NCBI GenBank assembly: GCA_965116905.1
Contig: OZ220732.1
Span: 1,472,001-1,536,000, forward strand
Origin: Longimicrobiales bacterium
Lineage (GTDB): Bacteria > Gemmatimonadota > Gemmatimonadetes > Longimicrobiales > Gaopeijiaceae
DNA: 64,000 bases
Reading direction: 5' to 3'
The position numbers were made by a program, and so were the translations under genes. A model generated the notes under the pieces. That model saw only the letters and a list, made by a program, of their open reading frames with translations. It was not told where the DNA came from and did no database searches. Positions 56,062-64,000 of the stretch are shown here, one piece after another. Each line of letters opens with the position of its first letter. Positions within the stretch are counted from its first letter, which is position 1.

Positions 56062-56466
56062 TTAGGGCTGCAGAATCCGGGCGCGGGGCAGCTTCGCCAT
56101 CGCCCGGTCCAGCGTGAGGACATCCAGATCTTCGCGTGTGTAGTCGTCGGCGATGAGTCGATCCAGCAAGCCGGCACCGCCGGTGCTCCCGATCGCGTCC
56201 AGGACGCTCCTCCCGTTCAAGGGAGCGACGAGGCCGCTGCGCAGCACATGAAGCAGCCCCGCACGGGCGTCCGCCTTGGTCACGCCGTAGTGGTGCTGGA
56301 CCGCGACATATGCCTCGCCGATCACCTGGTTCGACGCGAACACGCCGGCGCCTTCGTCTCTCACGAGGACGGACAGTGCCTGCACGGACCTCGCGAAGTC
56401 AGCCTCGGGGACGCCGGTCAGCAGGCGCACCAGTACGGACGTGTCAATCCCGTAGCGACGGATCAT
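56062..56466 (-). CDS. vapC: VapC family PIN-domain toxin
   Basis: YGIDTSVLVRLL, VIGEAY, GLLDRLI, LTLDR; overlaps the antitoxin 3' end. Confidence 0.88.
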   Translation of the reverse strand: MIRRYGIDTSVLVRLLTGVPEADFARSVQALSVLVRDEGAGVFASNQVIGEAYVAVQHHYGVTKADARAGLLHVLRSGLVAPLNGRSVLDAIGSTGGAGLLDRLIADDYTREDLDVLTLDRAMAKLPRARILQP

Positions 56467-56686
56467 GGGGCTGCGCACGGAAGGAATGGATATCGAACGT
56501 CTCGTATCCGGGTCGCAACTTGCCGCGTAGCGGCGCCAGGCGGGAGAGGTCGATTCGGTGCCGGCGAACGACGAAGCCGTCGGGACCTTCCTCCAACTCG
56601 AGGCGGTCGCCGGGCTGCACGCCCATCGCCTCCAGCACCCGTGCAGGAAACGTGACCTGGCGCTTCGATGTGATCCTGATGAGCAT
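56444..56686 (-). CDS. AbrB/MazE family antitoxin
   Basis: MLIRITSKRQVTFPARVLEAMGVQPGDRLEL...GFVVR; GGAAGGGG RBS. Confidence 0.9.
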   Translation of the reverse strand: MLIRITSKRQVTFPARVLEAMGVQPGDRLELEEGPDGFVVRRHRIDLSRLAPLRGKLRPGYETFDIHSFRAQPHDPSLRD

Positions 56687-56710
56687 GGGGTCCCCTTCCT
56701 GGAAACAAGC

Positions 56711-56736
56711 CTTACGTATTATGGTATTTTCGTAAG
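56711..56736. promoter_or_regulatory. Inverted repeat operator of the second AbrB-VapC operon
   Basis: CTTACG, 14-nt AT-rich spacer, CGTAAG. Confidence 0.65.
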
Positions 56737-56756
56737 TAGACGAAGGCAAGGGCCCG

Positions 56757-58706
56757 CTACAGCCGGTACCGCTCCTGCAGCACCGCCACAGACGCCAGCA
56801 TGAGCAGGAGCGAGTCCAGGGAAGGACGGTCATCGGCCGCCAGCGTGGGCAACTGATCCAGCAGGCGCTCCACCGCCCGGTGATCCAGGAAGGGGACCGC
56901 GCGCATGGCCGTCCCGCGCAGGGTGTCCTGCAGGAAGTCGTGGAGTGGGCCGTCCGTGCCGACCGCCGATGGTCCCATGAACGGACGCTTAACGCGCTGG
57001 TAGACCGGGTCCGGGATGTACGGGCGCATGGCTTCGCGCAGCAGGTGCTTCTCGCGGGGGTGGTGGGCGAGGAGGGAGACGGGGAGGCTGTTCGTGTATT
57101 CGAAGAGGTGGTGGTCGAGGAAGGGGAGCCGCACCTCGACGCCGTGCGCCATGTCGAGCCGGTCGGCGGCGAGGTGGTAGTTGGCGAAGAGGGAGTGCAG
57201 CCAGAGGTAGAGCAGTCGCCGGGCGGGCTCGCGCCGGGACAGGTCGGCGGTCCGCCGGCAGCGGCGGTAGTAGGCGCGGTAGAGGTCGTACCCGGCGAAG
57301 TCGTCCAGGAAGTCGCGGGAGCACACCGCGTGGAGCCGGCCGAGGCCGCCCGCCAGGCGCGTGAAGAGCGAGGGCGCCGCCGGAAGCAGGAGAGCGAGGC
57401 GCGCGAGCCAGGGTGAGGCGGCCGCCAGGCCGGGGTAGTGGCGCGAGGGCGAGCGCAGGAATGCTGACAGGATGCGGGGGAGGAGGGTGACGACGCGGGC
57501 GAGGGAGCCAGCGTCGGAAGCGCGGCCGGCCCCCGCCGCGGCCCGCAGGAACTCGTAGCCGAAGAAGGCTTCGTCCGCGCCCTCGCCGGCGAGCACCGAC
57601 TTGTAGCCGGCGTCCCGGACGCCTCGGCTGAGCAGGTACCGCGCGGCGCCGTGCGTGTTGTACTGGATCGTCTCGGCGTGGAACACCGCGTCGGCGAAGT
57701 GATCGGCCAGGTCGCCATCCGCTGCGGTCACGACCGTGTGCCGTGCGCCGGCCGCCGCGGCCGCTTCGCGCGCGCCCCGGCTCTCGTCGTAGTCGCGGCG
57801 CTCGAAGCCGACCGTGAAGGCGGCGACCGGGTCGTCTACACACGACGCGGCCACGCCGAGCACCGCCGACGAGTCCAACCCGCCGCTCAGCAGGCATCCC
57901 ACGGGCACGGCCGCGACCATGCGCAGCGCGACCGACTCTTCCGTGAGTTCGCGCACGCGCCCGATGGCTTCGTCCACTGGGGGGCCGGTCGACCGCGCGC
58001 GGCGGAACGCGGCGGCTCGGGATCGGTGGACCGGGACGGGGAGGTCCCAGTAGCGTTCCAGACGCACCCCGGATCGGTCGGCGTGCAGCACGTGGCCCGG
58101 CGGCACCTGCGAAATGCCCGCGAACAGCGAGATCCTCTCGTCGGGGCAGGCGTGAAGCGCGTGGTAGACGCCCCGCGGGTCCCACGAAGCCGCGATGCCG
58201 GCCGCCATGAGCGCCTTTGCCTCGGACGCGAGGTAGAGGCGGCCTTCCTTCTCGGCATAAAAGAGGGGCTTCAGCCCGAACCGGTCGCGTGCCGCGAAGA
58301 GGACGCCGCTCTCTTCATCCCAAACAGCCATTGCAAACTGTCCCCGCAGGTGCTGAAGGCACGCGGGGCCGAGGTCCTCGTACAGGTGGAGCGCGATTTC
58401 GCTGTCCGAGCGCGTGCGGAAGCGGTGGCCCTTCGCTTCGAGCCCCTTGCGGATGCGCTTGTAGTCGTAGAACTGGCCGTTGACGACGATGTGGAGGCGC
58501 CCGTCCTCGCTGGCGATCGGCTGGTGACCTTCGGGGTCGGTGATCGCGAGGAGGTTGTGGCCCAGGCCCGCGCGTCCCGAGGGGGAGACCCAGATCCGCT
58601 CGCCGTCGGGGCCGCGGTGGCGGAGCGCGGCGGTGGCGTGGCGGAGGGCTTGCTCGGGCACGGGGTGGCCGGGATCCGGCGACAGGATTACGGCGATTCC
58701 ACACAT
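56757..58706 (-). CDS. asnB: Asparagine synthase (glutamine-hydrolysing) family amidotransferase
   Basis: MCGI (Cys1), HRGPD, RDRFGLKPL, LSGGLDSS, GEGADE, DRLDMAHGVEVRLPFLD. Confidence 0.92.
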   Translation of the reverse strand: MCGIAVILSPDPGHPVPEQALRHATAALRHRGPDGERIWVSPSGRAGLGHNLLAITDPEGHQPIASEDGRLHIVVNGQFYDYKRIRKGLEAKGHRFRTRSDSEIALHLYEDLGPACLQHLRGQFAMAVWDEESGVLFAARDRFGLKPLFYAEKEGRLYLASEAKALMAAGIAASWDPRGVYHALHACPDERISLFAGISQVPPGHVLHADRSGVRLERYWDLPVPVHRSRAAAFRRARSTGPPVDEAIGRVRELTEESVALRMVAAVPVGCLLSGGLDSSAVLGVAASCVDDPVAAFTVGFERRDYDESRGAREAAAAAGARHTVVTAADGDLADHFADAVFHAETIQYNTHGAARYLLSRGVRDAGYKSVLAGEGADEAFFGYEFLRAAAGAGRASDAGSLARVVTLLPRILSAFLRSPSRHYPGLAAASPWLARLALLLPAAPSLFTRLAGGLGRLHAVCSRDFLDDFAGYDLYRAYYRRCRRTADLSRREPARRLLYLWLHSLFANYHLAADRLDMAHGVEVRLPFLDHHLFEYTNSLPVSLLAHHPREKHLLREAMRPYIPDPVYQRVKRPFMGPSAVGTDGPLHDFLQDTLRGTAMRAVPFLDHRAVERLLDQLPTLAADDRPSLDSLLLMLASVAVLQERYRL

Positions 58707-58713
58707 CGGCGGC

Positions 58714-60204
58714 TCAGTCGGGGAGGTGCACGGCAACTTGCCCGTTGGCGCAGTTGAAGCGCATCAGGGGGACTTGCTCGCCGCGGGTGAGCTCGAGGTT
58801 GTCCGGGGTGATCCGCTGGACGACCGCGACCGCCTCGATTTCGCCGGCTTCGGGGTGCGTGCGCGCGAACCGCTGGGCGTGCCTCTCGAGCAGCGATCGG
58901 CGGACGGCGGCGAGCTTTTGGGGCTCCATCTGCAGCCACACGTTGCCGAAGAAGTAGGATTGGAGGAGAAGGTGCCGCATACCTCCCGGGAAGAGCTCAC
59001 GCGGCTCGATGCGCCTTTCGCGGCCCGGGCGGAGGCTCCGCACCTCGTACCGGACGTGATAGTTCCGCTCGTCCACCCAGTCGAACAGCCGGTAGCTCTG
59101 GTAGAGTCCCACCAGCCACAGGAGGGCGCGCACGGGGTTGGCCCATCGTTCGCCGGAGTAGGGCTGGCCGGGCCTGGGCAGCCTCAACCGGGCCCTCACC
59201 GCCTGCCACGCACTCATGATCGCCAGAAGCGCGACGAGGGTGAGCGCGGCGAGGTCCGCGGGGCCGGCCGCGGTCGCGGTTTCGGCGGCGGCCCCGGGCG
59301 CGGCGGCAGAGGCCCCGGTGGCGGCGGCCGTGGCCCCGGTGGCGGCGAGTCCCGGGACGCCCTGCAAGACTCCCTGCACGATCTCGGGCGCAAACGGGAG
59401 GGCCAGCGCGGACAGCATGAGCGCGTTGGAGTACGGGATCTTGAGCGTGGCGATGATGCCCAGGTGGAAGACGGCGGCGGCCGCCAGGAGCGCCCACTTG
59501 GCGGCTGAGCCCGCCGGCAGCACGAAGATCAGGACGAAGAGCGGTTCCAGAAACAGTGCGGCCCAGGTCACGATGCGCAGACCGGACCGATGGCGGATCG
59601 ACCACAAGTCGGGCGTGCGTGCGATCGGCATCCTGAGCGCGGCGTGCATGGCGGAGCCGCCTCGCCACATGGGGCTGGCGAACTTGTACAGGCCGGCGAC
59701 CAGGTAGATCAGCGCCATGTTGGCCATGAAGGCGCGGGGGGCGGTGCCGGGGACGGTCGCGGTGGCCCAGCTGCCCCCCAGCAGGTCCGGCAGGTTCAGG
59801 GTGGTGCCGACGGGTAGCAGGATCAGCCACAGGCAGAAGAGGTGGACGATCGAGTCGTCCAGGTAGGCGACGAGCGCGTTCCAGCGATAGGTCGAGACCG
59901 CCGCCGCGAACAGGAACACGGCCGCCGCGCGGGGGTGCCAGCCGATGACGACCAGGATCGCAGCCGCGCACGCGCCCAGGTAGACGGCGCGGAAGACCCA
60001 CCCGGGCATTCCCGGCTGAAAGAGGCTGATCCGGGTGGGGGGAAAGAGGCGAACCGAAAGCCGGTGGTCGATCAGGCCGTCGGGGTCGGAGAAGTCGCCC
60101 GCGTGGCGGTACGCGTTGGCGAAATAGACGAAGAGCACGCCTCCCGCGAGGATGCGCATGATGTCCAGCGGGAGGGCGTGGATCGGGGCTGCGAGCGTAT
60201 GCAT
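58714..60204 (-). CDS. HTTM domain (vitamin K-dependent gamma-carboxylase-like) membrane protein
   Basis: MRIL.G, FSDPDGL, LVVIGWHPR, IYLVAGLYK...WRGGSAM, FHLGI motifs with multiple TM helices and a fused soluble C-terminal domain. Confidence 0.8.
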   Translation of the reverse strand: MHTLAAPIHALPLDIMRILAGGVLFVYFANAYRHAGDFSDPDGLIDHRLSVRLFPPTRISLFQPGMPGWVFRAVYLGACAAAILVVIGWHPRAAAVFLFAAAVSTYRWNALVAYLDDSIVHLFCLWLILLPVGTTLNLPDLLGGSWATATVPGTAPRAFMANMALIYLVAGLYKFASPMWRGGSAMHAALRMPIARTPDLWSIRHRSGLRIVTWAALFLEPLFVLIFVLPAGSAAKWALLAAAAVFHLGIIATLKIPYSNALMLSALALPFAPEIVQGVLQGVPGLAATGATAAATGASAAAPGAAAETATAAGPADLAALTLVALLAIMSAWQAVRARLRLPRPGQPYSGERWANPVRALLWLVGLYQSYRLFDWVDERNYHVRYEVRSLRPGRERRIEPRELFPGGMRHLLLQSYFFGNVWLQMEPQKLAAVRRSLLERHAQRFARTHPEAGEIEAVAVVQRITPDNLELTRGEQVPLMRFNCANGQVAVHLPD

Positions 60205-60350
60205 GATGGGGTCGGGACAATGTAGCAGGAGCCCATGTCCCAACCATCCATTGCCCGCCGCGACGGGCTGGCCGACCTTGCGCGGTGTGGTCGCCGCGCC
60301 GGCGAACGCCCCGCTTCCTCCCCACGAATCCGGTCGAAAGCGAGACATCG

Positions 60351-62204
60351 ATGACATTCGGACCATTCGTCAGGGTCCCGGCCCCGCTGGGCGCTGCCGT
60401 GCCGGGCGCTGCCATGCCGGCCGCCGCCACACTGGCCGCTGCTCTGCTGCTCACGCCGCTCCCCACCGCCGCACAGCTCTCCGACGTGCAAATGGAGTGG
60501 GGCGTGACAATACCCGTGCGGGACGGGACCGAACTCCGCGGCACGATCTACCGCCCGGCGGACCAGACGGAACCGCTGCCGGTCATCCTCGGCTTCACCC
60601 CCTACATCGCGGACGTGTACCACGGCAAGGCGAGGTACTACGCCCGGCGCGGCTACGTGTTTGCGGCTGTCGACGTCCGCGGCCGCGGCAACTCCGACGG
60701 CGAGTTCGAACCCTTCCACGATGCCGACAAGGACGGCCACGATGTGGTCGAGTGGCTCGCGGCGCAGCCATGGTCGAACGGGAAGGTGGCGATGTACGGG
60801 GCGTCGTATGGCGGGTGGGACCAGTGGGCGACCGCGAAGGAGCTCCCGCCGAGCCTGGAGTCGATCGTGCCGGCGGCCGCGGCCTATCTCGGAACCGACT
60901 TCCCGTTCGTGCACAACGTATACGTGCCCTACAACATGACCTGGCTGACCTTCACCAGCGGGAAGGCGGCGCAGAGCACGATCTTCGGCGACGCGGAGCT
61001 GTGGGCCGACGCGTTCGGCGAGCGGTATTTCGACCACCGCCCCTTCGCGGAGCTGGACCAAATCGTCGGCAACCTCACCACGCGCTTCCAGACGTGGATG
61101 GAGCACCCCACGCCCGACGAGTACTGGCTGGCGTCGGCGCCCAGGCCCGAGCAGCTCGCGGCGATGGACATTCCCATCCTCAGCATCACCGGCCACTACG
61201 ACGGCGACCAGCGCGGCGCGCTCCAGCACTACCGCATGCACATGCGCCACGGTAACGAGGCGGCGAAGGCGCGGCACTACCTCGTCATCGGCCCCTGGAA
61301 CCATGGCGGGGTGGGCACTTCGGTGGACCAGGTGGGCGGGCTCGAGTTCGGCCCGGGCGCGCTGGTCCCCCAGGACTCGCTCCGCAAGGCGTGGTACGAC
61401 TGGACGCTGAAGGACGGTCCGCGCCCCTGGTTCCTCGAGAAGCGAGTGGCGGTCTACGTCGCCGGCCGCGACGCCTGGGAATACGCGGACGCGCTGGAGG
61501 ATGTCGCGAACGACGAACTCGTCTACTACTTCGATTCCGCGGACGGTCGTCCCAACGATGTCTTCCGCTCCGGCACGCTCGCGCCCGAGCCCACCGGCAA
61601 CACACCGGCCGACTCCTACGTCTACGATCCCCTGGACACGCGCCCCGGGCACTTCGAAAGCTCCGAGTCCGGCAACAACCTCTCCCACTTCTTCTGGGGC
61701 GAGCAGCCGCTCAACCAGCACTTCGCGCTGAACATGTTCGGCAACGGCCTGGTCTATCACACCGAGCCGTTCGAGTCCGAGACCGACCTCGCGGGCTTCA
61801 TGGAGTTCGACGCGTGGATGAGCCTCGACGTGCCGGACACCGACTTCATGGTCACGGTCTACGAGATCATGCCCGACGGCACCAGCATCTTCCTGACGGG
61901 CGACATCATGCGTGCCCGCTACCGCGACTCGCGCACGGTCGAGGAGCTGGTGACCCCGGGCGAGGTCGACCTGTACCGCTTCGACGGCTTCCAGTTCTTC
62001 GCGCGGCAGGTCGCGGCGGGCAGCCGTCTGCGCCTGATCCTGAACTCACCCAACTCGCCGTGGCTGCAGAAGAACTACAACAGCGGCGGCCGAGTCACGC
62101 ACGAGTCGGGGGCGGATGCTCGGACGGCGACGATCACGTTCCATCACGGGGGTGATTATCAGAGTCGGCTGAGTGTGCCGGTGAGGAGGAGGCCGGTTTC
62201 GTAG
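60351..62204 (+). CDS. CocE/NonD family hydrolase, exported
   Basis: IPVRDGTEL, TPY, DVRGRGNSDG, GASYGG nucleophile elbow, IGPWNH, GSRLRL C-domain. Confidence 0.93.
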   Translation: MTFGPFVRVPAPLGAAVPGAAMPAAATLAAALLLTPLPTAAQLSDVQMEWGVTIPVRDGTELRGTIYRPADQTEPLPVILGFTPYIADVYHGKARYYARRGYVFAAVDVRGRGNSDGEFEPFHDADKDGHDVVEWLAAQPWSNGKVAMYGASYGGWDQWATAKELPPSLESIVPAAAAYLGTDFPFVHNVYVPYNMTWLTFTSGKAAQSTIFGDAELWADAFGERYFDHRPFAELDQIVGNLTTRFQTWMEHPTPDEYWLASAPRPEQLAAMDIPILSITGHYDGDQRGALQHYRMHMRHGNEAAKARHYLVIGPWNHGGVGTSVDQVGGLEFGPGALVPQDSLRKAWYDWTLKDGPRPWFLEKRVAVYVAGRDAWEYADALEDVANDELVYYFDSADGRPNDVFRSGTLAPEPTGNTPADSYVYDPLDTRPGHFESSESGNNLSHFFWGEQPLNQHFALNMFGNGLVYHTEPFESETDLAGFMEFDAWMSLDVPDTDFMVTVYEIMPDGTSIFLTGDIMRARYRDSRTVEELVTPGEVDLYRFDGFQFFARQVAAGSRLRLILNSPNSPWLQKNYNSGGRVTHESGADARTATITFHHGGDYQSRLSVPVRRRPVS

Positions 62205-62225
62205 GGGGGCTGTCGGGCCCGCTTT

Positions 62226-62879
62226 CTAGTCGTTCAGCAGCAAACCCGACTTGAGTGCCAGATCCACCCAGTCCGACCGGTCGCGCAGCTTGAGTTTGTC
62301 CTTCAGGCGGGCGCGATAGTTCTCGATCGTCTTCCGTGCCAGGGACAGCTGTTCGGCGATCTGGCCCGAGGTATAACCTCTGGCGGTGAGTCTCAGAATG
62401 TCGCGTTCCCGAGCGCTCAGGGAGGACAGTGGGGACTCCGGCTGGGCGTCGAACTCCCGCCGTCTCCGCATGTAGAGCCGGGTTGCCTCGCGCGGCATCG
62501 TTGTCCGTCCGGCGGCAATCAGATCCACGGCCCGGACCAGGTCCTCAGGCCCCCGGCTTTTCCGAATAAAACCCATCGCACCTGCTGACATGATGGGTTC
62601 AAGATACTCCTCGTGGTCGTGCCTGGTGAGGATAAGGACTCCTGTGCCAAGCTCCAGCGCGCTGATTCGCCGGGTCGCCTCGATGCCGTCCAGCCGAGGC
62701 ATGTCGATGTCCATCAGGATCACGTCGGGTTCGAGTTGCTGTGCCAGTCGAACAGCGTCTTCGCCGTCGGCCGCCTCGCCGACCACGGTCATTCGACCGG
62801 TGTTCTCGATGATTGCCCGAAGACCCGCCCGAACCATTTCATGGTCGTCAACGATGAGTACCTGCGTGTCCCAACTCAC
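62226..62879 (-). CDS. NarL/FixJ family response regulator
   Basis: IVDDH, LMDIDMP..DG, GFIRK receiver; LSARERDIL..TARG...IAEQL..KTIENYR LuxR HTH. Confidence 0.95.
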   Translation of the reverse strand: MSWDTQVLIVDDHEMVRAGLRAIIENTGRMTVVGEAADGEDAVRLAQQLEPDVILMDIDMPRLDGIEATRRISALELGTGVLILTRHDHEEYLEPIMSAGAMGFIRKSRGPEDLVRAVDLIAAGRTTMPREATRLYMRRRREFDAQPESPLSSLSARERDILRLTARGYTSGQIAEQLSLARKTIENYRARLKDKLKLRDRSDWVDLALKSGLLLND

Positions 62880-63910
62880 AGGTCTGCCTCTGCGTTGGCC
62901 CCCTCGGCAACCGGAACGCGAACTCGTATCCTGGTGCCCTCCCCGCGGTTGCTTCGGATCTCGAAGACTCCGCCGACCATGGCGGCGCGTTCACTCATCC
63001 CAAGGAGCCCGATGCCGCTCCCCGCCGAAGCGACGGCGGCGGTATCGAAACCGACGCCAGTGTCCCGCACTTCAACTTCGATCCAGTCGGAATCGCGGGT
63101 CATGGTGACGAGGGCCTCGACGGCTCCCGAATGCTCGCGCGCATTGGAGAGGGACTCCTGAACGATCCGAAACAGGGCAAGCGCCTTCGCCGGGTCCAGG
63201 TCGCGCCCGACATCCATGAGGTTGCCGTGGACCGCGAACCCGGCTTCGGCATACTCGCGAAACAGTATCCTCAACGCGAAGCTCAGGCCGAAATGCTTGA
63301 GTTCCAACGGCGTCAGACCTCGGCAGATCCGCTCAATCGACGCGATAGTGTGGTCAATCGCCGTATTCAGCTCCAGCAGACGGTCATCGTCGGCGGTCAG
63401 GCCCTCGGTGTTCCGCAAGGTCGTGAAGCGATGCTTGAGGAAGACCATCCGTTGGACGATGTCGTCGTGCAGTTCGCCTGCGATTCGCGTCCGCTCCGCT
63501 TCCGCAGCCTCCACCCTCGCCATGGACATGCTGCGCCAACGGTCGAATCGGGACAGGTCGCGAACCGTGCAGACAACCATCGGTCCGTCACCGGCTGGTT
63601 GCCAGGGGGTTAGGGCGATCTCCACCGGGAACTGGCTTCCATCTCTTCGTTCCCCGTGCAGGAGCAAGCCGTGTCCCATTGGCCGAGCGCGGGGTCGGAG
63701 CGCGTATTTCGTCCGGAGTTCCGCGTGGCGCGCGCGGTGCTGGAAGGGCACGAGGAGATCGACACTCATCCCGACCAACTCGTCGCTATCCCATGCGAAC
63801 ATGGTGGTCGCGCGCTCATTGGCGTCCCGGATCACGCCCGCGTCATCCACTACCAGGATGGCGTCGGGCGACGCATTGAGGACATCTCTGAGCAGGTTGT
63901 CCGCAAGCAT
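62876..63910 (-). CDS. PAS-domain sensor histidine kinase (HisKA_3 / NarX-type)
   Basis: PAS (SPDAILVVD...RRDGSQFPVEIAL), ELHDDIVQ, FRIVQESLSNA, DTGVGF, GIGLLGMSER. Start estimated; the frame is open to the window edge. Confidence 0.92.
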   Translation of the reverse strand: MLADNLLRDVLNASPDAILVVDDAGVIRDANERATTMFAWDSDELVGMSVDLLVPFQHRARHAELRTKYALRPRARPMGHGLLLHGERRDGSQFPVEIALTPWQPAGDGPMVVCTVRDLSRFDRWRSMSMARVEAAEAERTRIAGELHDDIVQRMVFLKHRFTTLRNTEGLTADDDRLLELNTAIDHTIASIERICRGLTPLELKHFGLSFALRILFREYAEAGFAVHGNLMDVGRDLDPAKALALFRIVQESLSNAREHSGAVEALVTMTRDSDWIEVEVRDTGVGFDTAAVASAGSGIGLLGMSERAAMVGGVFEIRSNRGEGTRIRVRVPVAEGANAEADL

Positions 63911-64000
63911 GACGCATTGTACCCACGCAATCGGCAGCATGCCACACCGGAGGATTTGCCGCCGGAGGAGCTCCGAAGGGTCGGACCAGCGCGGAGGCAA

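Noticed and set aside
56757..58706. AsnB as a lasso-peptide cyclase
   Set aside because: It retains the Cys1 glutaminase domain; no transglutaminase-like leader peptidase, RRE protein or precursor was seen nearby.
415..62155. Many long alternative-frame and antisense ORFs in the track (for example 855-2123, 12064-14013, 15429-17336, 18264-20078, 22331-24520, 35742-37913, 60072-61760)
   Set aside because: Arg/Pro/Gly/Ala-rich shadow ORFs expected in high-GC DNA; each overlaps a gene with clear family motifs.

Overview
GC-rich bacterial chromosomal window with about 55 genes. Gene content (many exported hydrolases, BNR/VPS10 propellers, TolB-like/TPR proteins, Tat-exported SDRs, PQQ-type dehydrogenase plus cytochrome c) suggests a Gemmatimonadota-like lineage, which is inference only. 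No rRNA, tRNA, CRISPR array, integrase or intact transposase was recognised. Housekeeping-type genes include panB, a Leu/Val dehydrogenase and an ABC exporter. Most interesting items: (1) two paralogous operons, each encoding an exported protein that fuses a c-type heme (CxxCH) to a PHM/DBH-like copper monooxygenase ligand set, followed by a conserved exported partner of unknown function (27560-29862 and 51996-54712; the second partner is frameshifted in a C8 tract); (2) an HTTM (vitamin K carboxylase-like) plus AsnB amidotransferase pair; (3) a sugar salvage operon (nucleotidyltransferase, Na+/solute symporter, GALK2-like kinase) whose first gene is frameshifted and carries a 60-bp insert flanked by a 5-bp direct repeat; (4) five toxin-antitoxin-like loci, three with broken toxin genes, most with clear operator palindromes; (5) a 46-bp non-coding motif present twice, 11.5 kb apart, and a phased TGCGGT array. 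All calls come from reading motifs by eye with no database searches. Start codons were adjusted from the ORF track where signal peptides, RBS or stop/start overlaps indicated. Frameshifts could be assembly errors.
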